Shown in pieces: positions 47,265 through 56,623 of a DNA stretch of 64,000 nt; position 1 is the stretch's first letter, and each line of letters opens with the position of its first letter. The translations under genes and the position numbers were made by a program. This DNA is from Myxococcota bacterium. GTDB taxonomy: Bacteria > Myxococcota_A > UBA796 > GCA-2862545. Location: positions 96,001 to 160,000 of the forward strand of contig JBCCQY010000001.1 of assembly GCA_039208735.1 (NCBI GenBank), given 5' to 3'. The notes under the pieces were generated by a model. That model saw only the letters and a list, made by a program, of their open reading frames with translations. It was not told the origin of the DNA and searched no databases.

Positions 47265-47474
47265 ATGAGAGTCCTTTGCATGCTTCTTGTCGCCGCATTC
47301 GTCGCGGCATGCGACCCTGCCACCGACGGGGCCACATTCTGTGCCAACCTCGCGACCCAGAACGAGTCGTGTTGGACGCCCGAACTCGATGCAAGGTGTC
47401 TCGACCTCCACGACAAATGCGGTGGGGACATCGTGACGTTGGAAAGCTGCCCCGTCCAGCTGACATGCAATTAG
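47265..47474 (+). CDS. small Cys-rich lipoprotein
   Basis: Lipobox VAAC, six further Cys. Confidence 0.65.
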   Translation: MRVLCMLLVAAFVAACDPATDGATFCANLATQNESCWTPELDARCLDLHDKCGGDIVTLESCPVQLTCN

Positions 47475-47989
47475 CGGACGAATCTGCGGCGGTCCCCGAA
47501 CATCATTTCGGAAAAAGCGAACGGTTGACGTTTTTCTACGTGGGGAAAGACCCGGGAGGGCCCGGGAGACGAGCTACGTGCGCGCTATCGGAACTCAATG
47601 AGTGCGGCCGGCGGCGAGCGTTAGGGCAAGCGGCGGGCTGCTGCTCGACGGGCTCAACGAGACGCGTCTTGCGTACGCAGCTCCTCTCTCGGAGGGTGGC
47701 GCCACGACCACCGTCGCGACGCACTGAGGGGCTAGTATTCACAATCCGCCAACTCTGCCGCCGATGAATTTTGTTGCGCAGTGATCATTTGTTCATATCA
47801 TTGGTAATAATGATGGTATTTCCTTGAGATAAGGAAATGTCTCGGTTTTTCGATCGTCTTTGATCCGCCGTTGGCTCGGTCCATGCGACACGACGTGCGC
47901 CTTGGGTCATCTTTCCCCCAAGACTTGTCAGGCCGGCTATCCTGGGGCTCTGCAAATGATGACGGGATTCCCAATCTGCACGATCTACG

Positions 47990-48291
47990 GCCGCAAGATG
48001 AGGATTGGCCAGGGAGTGCTCGCTCCGAGAGTGTCTACGCGCACACGTCGAGCCGACTCTATCGCTTCTCGGTAAAGGACCGCGCGCTTGGGGAAATCGG
48101 TTTGTTTTTGGGCCCAAGCCAGGTCACCGATCTTGCGATCGACCGCCATGGCGTGTTGTACGCAACGTCCTTCCTGATCTGTGCATTTGCCACCCCGAGA
48201 CCGCGTTGTGTCGAGAGACGAGCCCCCTTCCGGTGGGAGGCAACGGGCTCACCTTCCTTCCGCGTGGCACCGTCGAGCCAGAGGGCGACTC
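47990..48291 (+). pseudogene. frameshifted, truncated remnant of a beta-propeller-type lipoprotein gene
   Basis: VYAHTSSRLYRF...VTDLAIDRHGVLYATSF continues in another frame (~48172) as DLCICHPETALC...NGLTFLPRG, then runs into the REP-like element. Confidence 0.65.
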
Positions 48292-48331
48292 CTTGCGCGA
48301 GTCTGATCACCGCTGGCCTTCGGCGCTACGC
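48292..48331. repeat. REP-like dispersed element, copy 2 (partial)
   Basis: CTTGCGCGAGTCTGATCACCGCTGGCCTTCGGCGCTACGC, 37/40 identical to 21380-21419. Confidence 0.75.
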
Positions 48332-49384
48332 GGCTCCTAGGTGGGTTTGGAGTTGCTGGAAGTTCGCTCCGAGTTCCCCATCGGGAAGGGCCTGGCCATC
48401 GAGCCAGCGCTCATCTCCGTCGAGGCTGGCCAAGAGGCGGGCCGCGAGCCAGTGCCATCCGCGGGTCTCGGGGCGGTCCGGCCCTTCGAGGACACGGATG
48501 GCGACTCGGCGAGCGTGGTCTGGGCGACCGCCTCGTGCCGTGTGGAGCGCATGGTAGGTGCGGGTCTGGGCCACCAGGCGATGGTCTTGCACAGCTTCAA
48601 AGCGCATCGCGGCCTGGGTGGCCAGCCGTTCGGCCGCGGGGTCGCCTTCCTCCCAACCCAGCCAAGCCCGATGCAACCACACCATCGCCTGGGCATAAGG
48701 CTGATGTTTCACCGCCTCGGAAGCCCGGTTCAGCTCCTCGGCCCGTTGGCATTTCGTGGGCGCCATCAGGGCTCCCAGCAGATGTAGGCGGTGGGCGGCC
48801 CGTCGGCCCCAGGGGGTTGGTGGTTGAGGCTGAAGGCAACGCCACCCTTTTTCGAGGGCCTGCGACGCGGCTCCCGCATTGTGTCGCCAAACGGCTAGAA
48901 GCGCAATTCGTCCGTGAATGAACGCTTCCGTGGAGGGCGCGAGGGGACCGCTGGCTCCGTGGAGCAGGGCCTCGCACACCGACCAGCAGGCGGAGGGGGC
49001 CACGGGTGCGAGCGCCTCCGCCGTTCGAACTGCGCCCTCCTGGCTGATCGCCGTGAGCGTCGGATCTTGGAGGGGACGCCCTCCGAGCAGCCGGTAGCCT
49101 CGGCCCCGACGAGTGACGAGGTGAGTCGGATGGGCAGGATGAGGCTCGAGTTTCTGTCGGAGGCGATGGACGATCGTGGCCACGGTGTGGGTTTGGAGAT
49201 CACGACGGACGTTCCACACCTGCTCAAGCAACTCCTCGGCGGCTACCGCGCGATCCGCGTGGGTCCAGAGGTAGCGCAGCACCCGGGCTTCCAACGGGGT
49301 GAGTCGCTCGATGCGTGGGCCCCGTTGCACCAGGCGCGCGTCCAGCCAGACCACCGTTTCTCCAAGGCCAATGACTTCGGTCAT
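48326..49384 (-). CDS. OmpR-type winged-helix DNA-binding protein with helical C-terminus
   Basis: LTPLEARVLRYL...ELLEQVW...RLRQKLE..P..P..LVTRRGRGYRL. Confidence 0.85.
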   Translation of the reverse strand: MTEVIGLGETVVWLDARLVQRGPRIERLTPLEARVLRYLWTHADRAVAAEELLEQVWNVRRDLQTHTVATIVHRLRQKLEPHPAHPTHLVTRRGRGYRLLGGRPLQDPTLTAISQEGAVRTAEALAPVAPSACWSVCEALLHGASGPLAPSTEAFIHGRIALLAVWRHNAGAASQALEKGWRCLQPQPPTPWGRRAAHRLHLLGALMAPTKCQRAEELNRASEAVKHQPYAQAMVWLHRAWLGWEEGDPAAERLATQAAMRFEAVQDHRLVAQTRTYHALHTARGGRPDHARRVAIRVLEGPDRPETRGWHWLAARLLASLDGDERWLDGQALPDGELGANFQQLQTHLGAA

Positions 49385-49476
49385 GCGCTCTCCTGGGAAG
49401 TTCAACGAAGTTCACAAAGGCACCTTGCCCCTGGCTAACCGCTCGTAGTCGCGGAACTCCGGGGGTGGGAGGCTCC

Positions 49477-50994
49477 GTGACATCCTTGTTCTTCCTGTTG
49501 GCCTGTGTTGCCACCCCCGACGTGGTTGACCCTCCGCCGGCTCCGATCGAGCCGGATTGGACGCCTTGTGATCTGGTGGACGGATCTGCGGATGGGGCTG
49601 CGCAGTGCGCGTCGGTCCAGGTGCCGCTCGACCATGACGCACCCTCGGGGCGCTCCATTGCGCTGCGACTCAAGCGACTCCGAGCCCCGTCCCGGCCCGC
49701 AACCCGTCAATTGTGGTGGCTGCACGGTGGTCCAGGGGCCAAGGGAACCGAAGCCTTGGCTGGATGGGCCTGGTTGCAAGAGATGGACGCCTCGCTAGAG
49801 CTGATCACGCTCGATCACCGGGGTACCGGCGGGTCGACCCGACTTTCGTGCCCGGATCAAGAAGCGGCGAAGAGCGATCGAGGCGCTTGGGTCACGGTCG
49901 ACGAGGCGGCGGCCTGCGGACAAGCGCTCGTCGATGCGTGGGGCGAGGACCTCCACCGGATGACCGTAGATCAGGCAGCCCGGGATGTGGCCCGACTGGC
50001 GAGAGACCTTCGACGCGATCGAGTCGACGAGGTGATTGTGCTGGGCGCATCCTACGGGACCTACTGGGCCCATCGCGTACTCCAGCTAGACCCGGAAAGT
50101 GTGGATGTTGCATGGCTTTCGGCCATGGTGGCCCCGATGGCAACCCTGCACACCGTCGATGCCCGGATGAACGAAGTGTTCGACGTGGTGTTGGAGCGCT
50201 GCAAGACGGAGCCCGTGTGTCTTGCGAACCTGGGTCCCGATCCGCGGGCGCGCGTGGCTGCGCTTCACGAACGCCTGGACCAGGGGCACTGTGACGGGCT
50301 CGTGAGTCGGCGCTTGTTGCAGGAGGTTTCTGGGGAGGCGTTGATGAACCCGGTCATCCGGTCGGCGTTGTTGCCCATGATCGCGCGCCTTGATCGGTGT
50401 GATGAAGCGGACGTGGGGCCCATTGTCCGATGGTTCGATCGGGCGTTTGGCATCGGTGCGGTCGTGGCCGAGGCGTCTTCGACCTTGCCGATCGATCCGC
50501 CGGCGCTGTACCACTTTGGAACGAGCGAGATGCTCACGGGTCTTGACGATGCTGATGCGCTCGAAGACGATTTTGCTCGGTATCTTGCCGCGACCGGCAG
50601 GGGGACTGAACTCGCACGAATCGCCGAGGACTGGCCACGGTACCCTGCGCCGGAGGGCCGTTCCTCTCCCGCGGCGTTCGACGGTCCGATGTTGCTGATG
50701 CACGGGACGTTGGACCCCACGGTGGCGCCTGCGGATCTCGCTCCGCTTTTCGATACCTTTCAAGGACCGGAGCGCCAGTCCTTTGTCTTCGAAGGGGCCG
50801 CCCACACCATCGTTGGGGGCACCGGAATCCCTGGCACGGTCGACTGTGCATCGGTGATTCTTCAGACGTGGCTCTCCGGTGACCGAAGCGAGCGCCCCAG
50901 CTGCTTTGGGGAACACGACCTCCTTCGGGTGGTGCCAAACGACGTGGCCAGAGACTTCTTCTTCGGCGGGGAGGCATGGCCGATCGCGCCATGA
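49477..50994 (+). CDS. TAP-like alpha/beta hydrolase lipoprotein
   Basis: VPLDH, HGGPG, DHRGTG.S, GASYGT, GTLDP, AH. Confidence 0.9.
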   Translation: MTSLFFLLACVATPDVVDPPPAPIEPDWTPCDLVDGSADGAAQCASVQVPLDHDAPSGRSIALRLKRLRAPSRPATRQLWWLHGGPGAKGTEALAGWAWLQEMDASLELITLDHRGTGGSTRLSCPDQEAAKSDRGAWVTVDEAAACGQALVDAWGEDLHRMTVDQAARDVARLARDLRRDRVDEVIVLGASYGTYWAHRVLQLDPESVDVAWLSAMVAPMATLHTVDARMNEVFDVVLERCKTEPVCLANLGPDPRARVAALHERLDQGHCDGLVSRRLLQEVSGEALMNPVIRSALLPMIARLDRCDEADVGPIVRWFDRAFGIGAVVAEASSTLPIDPPALYHFGTSEMLTGLDDADALEDDFARYLAATGRGTELARIAEDWPRYPAPEGRSSPAAFDGPMLLMHGTLDPTVAPADLAPLFDTFQGPERQSFVFEGAAHTIVGGTGIPGTVDCASVILQTWLSGDRSERPSCFGEHDLLRVVPNDVARDFFFGGEAWPIAP

Positions 50995-50997
50995 CGC

Positions 50998-51891
50998 TCA
51001 TCGCCCCGGTGCAGGGTCGTGGAGGGTGGCCGGGGGACCGAACAACAGCCGTTGACGCTCTGCCCAATCCTTGGCGGTGACCCATCGCCGACCGAGCTTC
51101 ACCCACACCGAGAAGTGAACCCAGAACGGGTGATGACTCTCGACCCGGTGCACCAACCCGTAGTCCACCGGCGTCACTTCGGGCGCGTAGGTTCCAAACA
51201 GACGGTCCCAAATCATCAAGATGCCGCCGTAATTGCGGTCGAGGTACTCGGGGTTCCGGCCGTGGTGGACGCGGTGGTTGGATGGGGTGTTGAGCCAGCC
51301 ATCGAGCCAAGGCAAACGGCCGATCGTCTCGGTGTGAATCCACTGCTGCCAGGCAAGCACGAGTCCGTAGCTGCTCACCACGAGCAGGGGATGAAAGCCC
51401 AGCCCGACCATGATGAACAGAATCGCCAGGGCAGGCCAGTTGAGGAGGTGTTCGGTGAAGCTAAGGCGTGCTCCGACGGTCTGATCGAAGTGGTTTGCCG
51501 AGTGATGCGTGGCATGAAAGCTCGCCCAGAACCAGTTGACTTCATGACCAAGCCGATGCTCCCAGTAGTAGCCGAAGTCGACCAGAAGCACGCACGCGAG
51601 GGCGGTGAACCAGGTGGTGGGGATGGACCAAGGGACGAACGCTGCCACCCCCATCAGGGCGAGGGCGGAACCGCCACCCACCGCGGTTTGAACCAATCCG
51701 TAGGGAATGGTGCAGAACAGGTTGGTGAGCATGCCACGAACGCGAGAACCGTCGAGCTTGCCACGAGACCACAGTTGCCACACTTCGATCGCGAAGATCG
51801 GCAGTGCGATGAGCACGAGTGCGGCGATGAGACCCTCGACCATCGTGTAGAAGCCTGCTGGCGCGCTGGCATCCGTGAACCCTCCTTCCAT
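50998..51891 (-). CDS. sterol desaturase / fatty acid hydroxylase family (alkylglycerol monooxygenase-like)
   Basis: YYWEHR..H, H.THHS, WIHTE, TPSNHRVHHG.N..YLDRNYGG. Confidence 0.9.
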   Translation of the reverse strand: MEGGFTDASAPAGFYTMVEGLIAALVLIALPIFAIEVWQLWSRGKLDGSRVRGMLTNLFCTIPYGLVQTAVGGGSALALMGVAAFVPWSIPTTWFTALACVLLVDFGYYWEHRLGHEVNWFWASFHATHHSANHFDQTVGARLSFTEHLLNWPALAILFIMVGLGFHPLLVVSSYGLVLAWQQWIHTETIGRLPWLDGWLNTPSNHRVHHGRNPEYLDRNYGGILMIWDRLFGTYAPEVTPVDYGLVHRVESHHPFWVHFSVWVKLGRRWVTAKDWAERQRLLFGPPATLHDPAPGR

Positions 51892-51907
51892 TGATGTCTC
51901 CATTAAG

Positions 51908-51925
51908 AGAGCGAACGTTCGCTCT
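51908..51925. promoter_or_regulatory. perfect 18-bp palindrome, probable TetR operator
   Basis: AGAGCGAACGTTCGCTCT between divergent desaturase and TetR. Confidence 0.75.
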
Positions 51926-51959
51926 ATTTTTGGGTTAGCCTTCGCAAGGAGCTTCCGCC

Positions 51960-52556
51960 ATGCCAAGAACCAGAAATGAGGCGGCTCATCGCGCCACCCG
52001 AACGCGAATTTTGGAGGCGGCACAAGGGTTGTTTGCGCGACAGGGCTTTCAGGGAACCGGAATGGCCGCGATCTGTGAGGCGGTTGGGATGAGCCCGGGC
52101 ACCCTCTACCGGTACTTCCCTTCGAAGGACGCCATTATCGAAGCGTTCGTGGAAGAGGAGTTGGCGGAGTCCCTCGCCTCACTTGAGCCTCTCCTTGAAG
52201 CCAAGAACGTGGTGGCGGTGTTGGTTGACCTGATCGACGAAGCGGTGGTGGCGGCCTCAGACCCTGAGTACATCGCAGTCGCCACTGAGGTCGTCGCGGA
52301 AGCCCACCGCAACTCCACCGTGGGGGCGCACGTGGCAACCCTCCAGCAGACCGTGTTTCGGACGCTCGCGGCGGCTCTCGAGCGGGCTCGAGGGACGGGT
52401 GCCATCGATGCCGAGGTCGACGTAGAAGCGGCCGCGGCCACGTTCCTTGCCCTGATCGATGGCGCGACGACCCTGGGGGCTTCCATCGGTGAGCTTGGCG
52501 CGCCACGGCGCCGCGCGTTTCTCGATCGACTCGTCCGTCGAACGTTGGGGGCCTGA
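51960..52556 (+). CDS. TetR-family regulator
   Basis: ILEAAQGLFARQGF...GMSPGTLYRYFPSK. Confidence 0.93.
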   Translation: MPRTRNEAAHRATRTRILEAAQGLFARQGFQGTGMAAICEAVGMSPGTLYRYFPSKDAIIEAFVEEELAESLASLEPLLEAKNVVAVLVDLIDEAVVAASDPEYIAVATEVVAEAHRNSTVGAHVATLQQTVFRTLAAALERARGTGAIDAEVDVEAAAATFLALIDGATTLGASIGELGAPRRRAFLDRLVRRTLGA

Positions 52557-52643
52557 TGTCTCGATGGCCTACCTCGCTGCGGCGGACGGCGTTGATTCGG
52601 GCTCCGTCTACTTCGTTGATAGACACGTACCGAGGACCTCTGC

Positions 52644-53012
52644 ATGAATGACCCACGCCCGTTGGCCGCAACTGGCCATCTCTTCCTACGCGCATTGGGC
52701 GCCCGCGCGGCAGCCGATCGACTGATCGCCGTGGGGGTTCGACAGATCATGGTCCGAGACACCTTTGCGGTGCTTGAACTCCGCGGGGGAACGCACATCG
52801 TCGTTCGTGAGGCCGACGATGATGGCCTTCAAGATGCTGCGTTTGACCTGATGTTTGACGATCTCGATGCCGCCCATGAACGCTTTCGGGAGCAGGGTTT
52901 CGAGGTGACTGAAATCGAAACAGGTCGGATTCATCGCAGCTTCTACGCGACGGCCCCTGAGCGCTTTCGGATTCAGGTGCTCGACTCTCACGTCGGGAAT
53001 CGCGTAGTCTGA
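52644..53012 (+). CDS. VOC/glyoxalase family protein
   Basis: AVLELRGGTHIV, FDLMFDDLDAAH, GRIHRSF. Confidence 0.8.
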   Translation: MNDPRPLAATGHLFLRALGARAAADRLIAVGVRQIMVRDTFAVLELRGGTHIVVREADDDGLQDAAFDLMFDDLDAAHERFREQGFEVTEIETGRIHRSFYATAPERFRIQVLDSHVGNRVV

Positions 53013-53086
53013 CCTCGCATGTTCACCGTTCCCACCTGGGCCATCGAGACGCCACAGGGGCTCGCGTCCGGTGGCCAACAACGTCG

Positions 53087-56000
53087 CTAGCGCCGGCTGG
53101 TGTTGTCGGAGGGGCTTCGCTCGTAGGACGACCAGCGGTCGAGGAGGAGGGGGCCACCGGTGGGACGGTACGGTGCGACTCCGTCGGAGACCGGGTCCCA
53201 GCCCCCGTCACGCCATACCTCCCGCGTTCCCGTGGCGTCGCCCGCCACATCGACGACGATGTCCGAGGCACGCGGGGGGCCGAGCATCGACCCGCGTAGC
53301 GCCTGCTCCGGGCCGGACTGGCGGGCCGCCGCAAGTAGTGCCGCGATTGAGTCGGGCGTCTGATCCGCGGTCCAGCTGAGGGCGGCGAGCGGTAAGTAGG
53401 AACGGGTCCAGCCACTGGTTGAGGCCGACCCTACGTCGAGGATCGGGTCCGTGCTGCCCGCCATCTCGAGTGCCACCGCATTCGACTCGCGCTCCAGGAC
53501 CGCCTGCAGTGCACCGTCGCCGTCAAGGTCGCCGAGGCCGAGCAGGCCCGCCGCTCGTGCAACGCCCCGCGACAGCCATGTTCCCGCGGGGGTTGCGCGG
53601 AGATCGGCGCGGGTGGTCAGGTGGGCCTCGACCAACGCCTCGGCGAGGGTGACCCGCCGGAGCTGACGGCCGACGCCCTCGGCTGCTGCGTCCCAGCCAT
53701 GGTCCTCCGGCAGCCAGAGTGTGGTGCCTACGACTGCGGGTGAGCCGAGCCCGCGGGGGGCGGCGACGATACGGTCGACAGGGTTGAGTTCGCCGATTCG
53801 GGCGGCGAGCACCGGCGCCAGTGCATCGAGATCTTCGACGACCTCGGCCGCCGTCGTCGTGAGCACTGGGTCAGCGTTCACGATTCGCCCGGCGATAGGC
53901 AGGTCCTCGGCAACTGTCGACCACGTGGCGACGAAGTCGAGCGGACCCGATGTGCTTCCGTTCGCGATGGCCTCCCCACTGGCCAGCGTGATTTGCCAGC
54001 TCCAGTCCCCCGGAGGAGCGACGCCACGTGCCGGAACGACGTGCGAGGCCGCTGGAAACGCCAGCGCATCGGGAAGCCCCAGTTCCTGCCGCTCGGTCGG
54101 GCGACGGACGACGCGGTCGAGGTCGAGACCGAGCCTTGGCAGCGCATGTTCGGCGCGCAGCCACACGCCCCGAGGGTCCGTCCAGCTCGGCTCGCCCTCG
54201 GCGTCCCAGCCCCGAGGATCGATGAAGAAGGAGACGTCGACCTCGCACGCCGCACGTTCGCAGCCCGGGAGGGCGATGGCCAGGTGTTCGAACTCGATCG
54301 TGGTCGCCGCGGCCCGACCGTCCACCTGCACCGTGCCAAGGACGAAGTCGTCGGGCAACTCGGCGTGGAGTGCCGGACCGCGCACCCCCCGCAGCGTCCA
54401 CCGCCCTTCGGCGCGACCCCCCGGCGTGAGCGTGAGCGTCACATGGCCGCCCGCGACGTCGACGGGAGCTCCCTGGGCGAGCCAGCGTGCTTCCCATGCT
54501 GCGTCCTCGGCGATGGCATTGGCTGGACTTAGGTACCCGCCCTCGTCGACGAGGCGCACCTGGAGAAGCGAGAACGTCACCCCGAACACCACGGTACTTC
54601 CGGCGAGTAGGGCCCCCGACCCCCCTCGCAGACGACGCCCGGCGTGGGCCAACGTCGGCCGCGGTCCTGTCTCCACTCCCCGCGGAGTCACGAGCGCCGC
54701 AACGCCGAACAGGAGCCCCGCCACCGCCAGCTTGAAGGCCCCGGAGACGGCGAGGTAGCCCGCCCACGGCACCATGCCGGTGAGCCCGGAGAGCGTGGTG
54801 CTGACCGGAATGCCGAACTTGAAAGGCGGGTAGGTGACGACGCCGAGTTCGTTGTTGATGATGAAGACGAAGGCCATGAGCATGCCAATTGCATAGGCTT
54901 GGCCGGCGGGTCGGATCAGGGCGTGGGCGAGGTACATCAGCGCGCAGAGTTCGAGCGTAGCGGGGAAGAACACGCCCGCGGCGTAGAGCACCGAAGTTCC
55001 TACCGATACGCTCGCCGGCTCCGCGAGCAGCGAGACCACGACGCTGACCACCGCGGTGGTGGCGCACAGCAGGGCCGTCAGTCCGATCGCCGCTCCGACC
55101 CGTGCGAACTGCCGAACCCCCTCCGGGGCCGGGGTCGCGTCCACTACCTCGGACAGCCCCACGTGGTCGTCGCTCCGCGCGACGGCCCCGACCGTGCCAG
55201 CCAGGAGGAGGACGACGATCATGAACGAGAATTCGATCAGCATGGGGAGAACGAGGGCGGGTCGAGCGAGAAGCGGCCCGTCGGCGTGTCCCACGATGTG
55301 GACGAACGACCCTGCGAGACCCAACGTGGCCCACAAGACGCCCGCGATCCGGACGCCCCGGTTGCGCAGCATGCCGCCCATCTGCCAGCCGAGTTCGGCC
55401 CAAAACGCCTTCCCCCACGACGGGGCGGTGACGCGACCGGGCAGTGACGCGGTCGACGCTGCAGTCGTGGAGAATGCGTCGTTGGCGATGGGTCGCGGCC
55501 GCTCACGACCGAGCACGAGCGTCTCACGGGTCACTCGAGCCAGGGTGAAGCCGAGCAGTACGACGGGGGCCAGGCCCCACACGAGCCGGTTGACGAGGAG
55601 TGCGGGAGTCAGCGCGAGCAGCGAGATCCTCTTCTCGGCCGGCGTCCAGGCCAGCACCTGGTGCTCGGCCTCGCCGAACGCACTCGGGTCGAGCACGGTG
55701 GCCCAGAACAGGTCGACGTCGCCGCCCCTCAGCAACACCATCGCGGCCATCCACAACACCATGAGCACCACCGCCGTGCCGATAGGTCCAGCCGTGCTGC
55801 GCGTGCGGATGGCGGCCATCAGGTAGATCGCACCGAGGCCCGCAGCGCTCGGAAGCGTGAAGACGAGGTGCGACTGTACGATCGCGCCCCACTGTACGGG
55901 GCCGAAGGAGCCCTCGGGGAGCGCGCCGACAATTTCGAGGATCGGCGCGACGAAGAAGCCGAGGGTGGTCGACAGCCCAAGGAGGCTCGCCGCCGCCACG

Positions 56001-56332
56001 GCTCCCAACCACCGACCCACCAACAGCGCCCGAAGCGACAGAGGAGCGGCGAGCACGATCTCGTGGAGGTCCGCGGCTCGATCGCGGGCCACCGACTGGC
56101 CGAACAGCCATGCCCACACGAAGAAGAGCCAGAAAAGCTGGCCTGGAGCCATCAGGTGGATGAGGCTCGCTGCGTTTCGCGGCAGGCCGACCGCCCCCAT
56201 GTCGGTAAGGTACTTCGAGTTCGTCAGGATCAGGACGATGTACGAACTCAAGCCCAAGAAGGCGATCGGAAACACTCCACTGCGCAGGAGGGCTCTCAAC
56301 TCGGCCCGAGCCTCCCCGAGAAGTGTCTGCAT
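53087..56332 (-). CDS. ABC-2-type double permease fused to degenerate M1-aminopeptidase-like domain
   Basis: Two ABC-2 TM repeats (SVARD...EIV.AAP; ARSDD...EVVDATP), large soluble C-terminus lacking HExxH. Confidence 0.8.
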   Translation of the reverse strand: MQTLLGEARAELRALLRSGVFPIAFLGLSSYIVLILTNSKYLTDMGAVGLPRNAASLIHLMAPGQLFWLFFVWAWLFGQSVARDRAADLHEIVLAAPLSLRALLVGRWLGAVAAASLLGLSTTLGFFVAPILEIVGALPEGSFGPVQWGAIVQSHLVFTLPSAAGLGAIYLMAAIRTRSTAGPIGTAVVLMVLWMAAMVLLRGGDVDLFWATVLDPSAFGEAEHQVLAWTPAEKRISLLALTPALLVNRLVWGLAPVVLLGFTLARVTRETLVLGRERPRPIANDAFSTTAASTASLPGRVTAPSWGKAFWAELGWQMGGMLRNRGVRIAGVLWATLGLAGSFVHIVGHADGPLLARPALVLPMLIEFSFMIVVLLLAGTVGAVARSDDHVGLSEVVDATPAPEGVRQFARVGAAIGLTALLCATTAVVSVVVSLLAEPASVSVGTSVLYAAGVFFPATLELCALMYLAHALIRPAGQAYAIGMLMAFVFIINNELGVVTYPPFKFGIPVSTTLSGLTGMVPWAGYLAVSGAFKLAVAGLLFGVAALVTPRGVETGPRPTLAHAGRRLRGGSGALLAGSTVVFGVTFSLLQVRLVDEGGYLSPANAIAEDAAWEARWLAQGAPVDVAGGHVTLTLTPGGRAEGRWTLRGVRGPALHAELPDDFVLGTVQVDGRAAATTIEFEHLAIALPGCERAACEVDVSFFIDPRGWDAEGEPSWTDPRGVWLRAEHALPRLGLDLDRVVRRPTERQELGLPDALAFPAASHVVPARGVAPPGDWSWQITLASGEAIANGSTSGPLDFVATWSTVAEDLPIAGRIVNADPVLTTTAAEVVEDLDALAPVLAARIGELNPVDRIVAAPRGLGSPAVVGTTLWLPEDHGWDAAAEGVGRQLRRVTLAEALVEAHLTTRADLRATPAGTWLSRGVARAAGLLGLGDLDGDGALQAVLERESNAVALEMAGSTDPILDVGSASTSGWTRSYLPLAALSWTADQTPDSIAALLAAARQSGPEQALRGSMLGPPRASDIVVDVAGDATGTREVWRDGGWDPVSDGVAPYRPTGGPLLLDRWSSYERSPSDNTSRR

Positions 56333-56366
56333 CGGAGTCAACGTGCACCTCATGCATGATGTGGCA

Positions 56367-56400
56367 AACTGATAACGATTTTCATTTTCATTTATCAGTT
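56367..56400. promoter_or_regulatory. Fur box in divergent promoter
   Basis: GATAACGATTTTCATTTTC (56371-56389; 15/19 to GATAATGATAATCATTATC) inside AACTGATAA...TTATCAGTT inverted repeat. Confidence 0.8.
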
Positions 56401-56437
56401 AGTAAACTGTCGGGAACCTGTCCAGAGGGAGGGCGAG

Positions 56438-56623
56438 ATGATGGGGCGGTTTGGTCATTGCGAAGGGCTATCCTTCACACTGCGCGGCCGGGACATCGGC
56501 CCGCGAGCGGTGCATCACGGGTTCGCCGGATCTTCCGATGCGGTCGACATGAGCGCTGTCAGAGACTGGAGCTTCGTTGTCAGTTCGCCGCCGCTGGGGC
56601 TGGCTTTCGTGGCCGAGGCATGA
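56438..56623 (+). CDS. possible small protein (61 aa)
   Basis: GGAGGG RBS; ATGA overlap with the permease; no recognisable family. Confidence 0.3.
   Translation: MMGRFGHCEGLSFTLRGRDIGPRAVHHGFAGSSDAVDMSAVRDWSFVVSSPPLGLAFVAEA

Noticed and set aside
47797..47820. Third Fur box in the AT-rich patch
   Set aside because: Arm orientation (ATCATT...AATGAT) is opposite to the Fur consensus and no iron gene is adjacent
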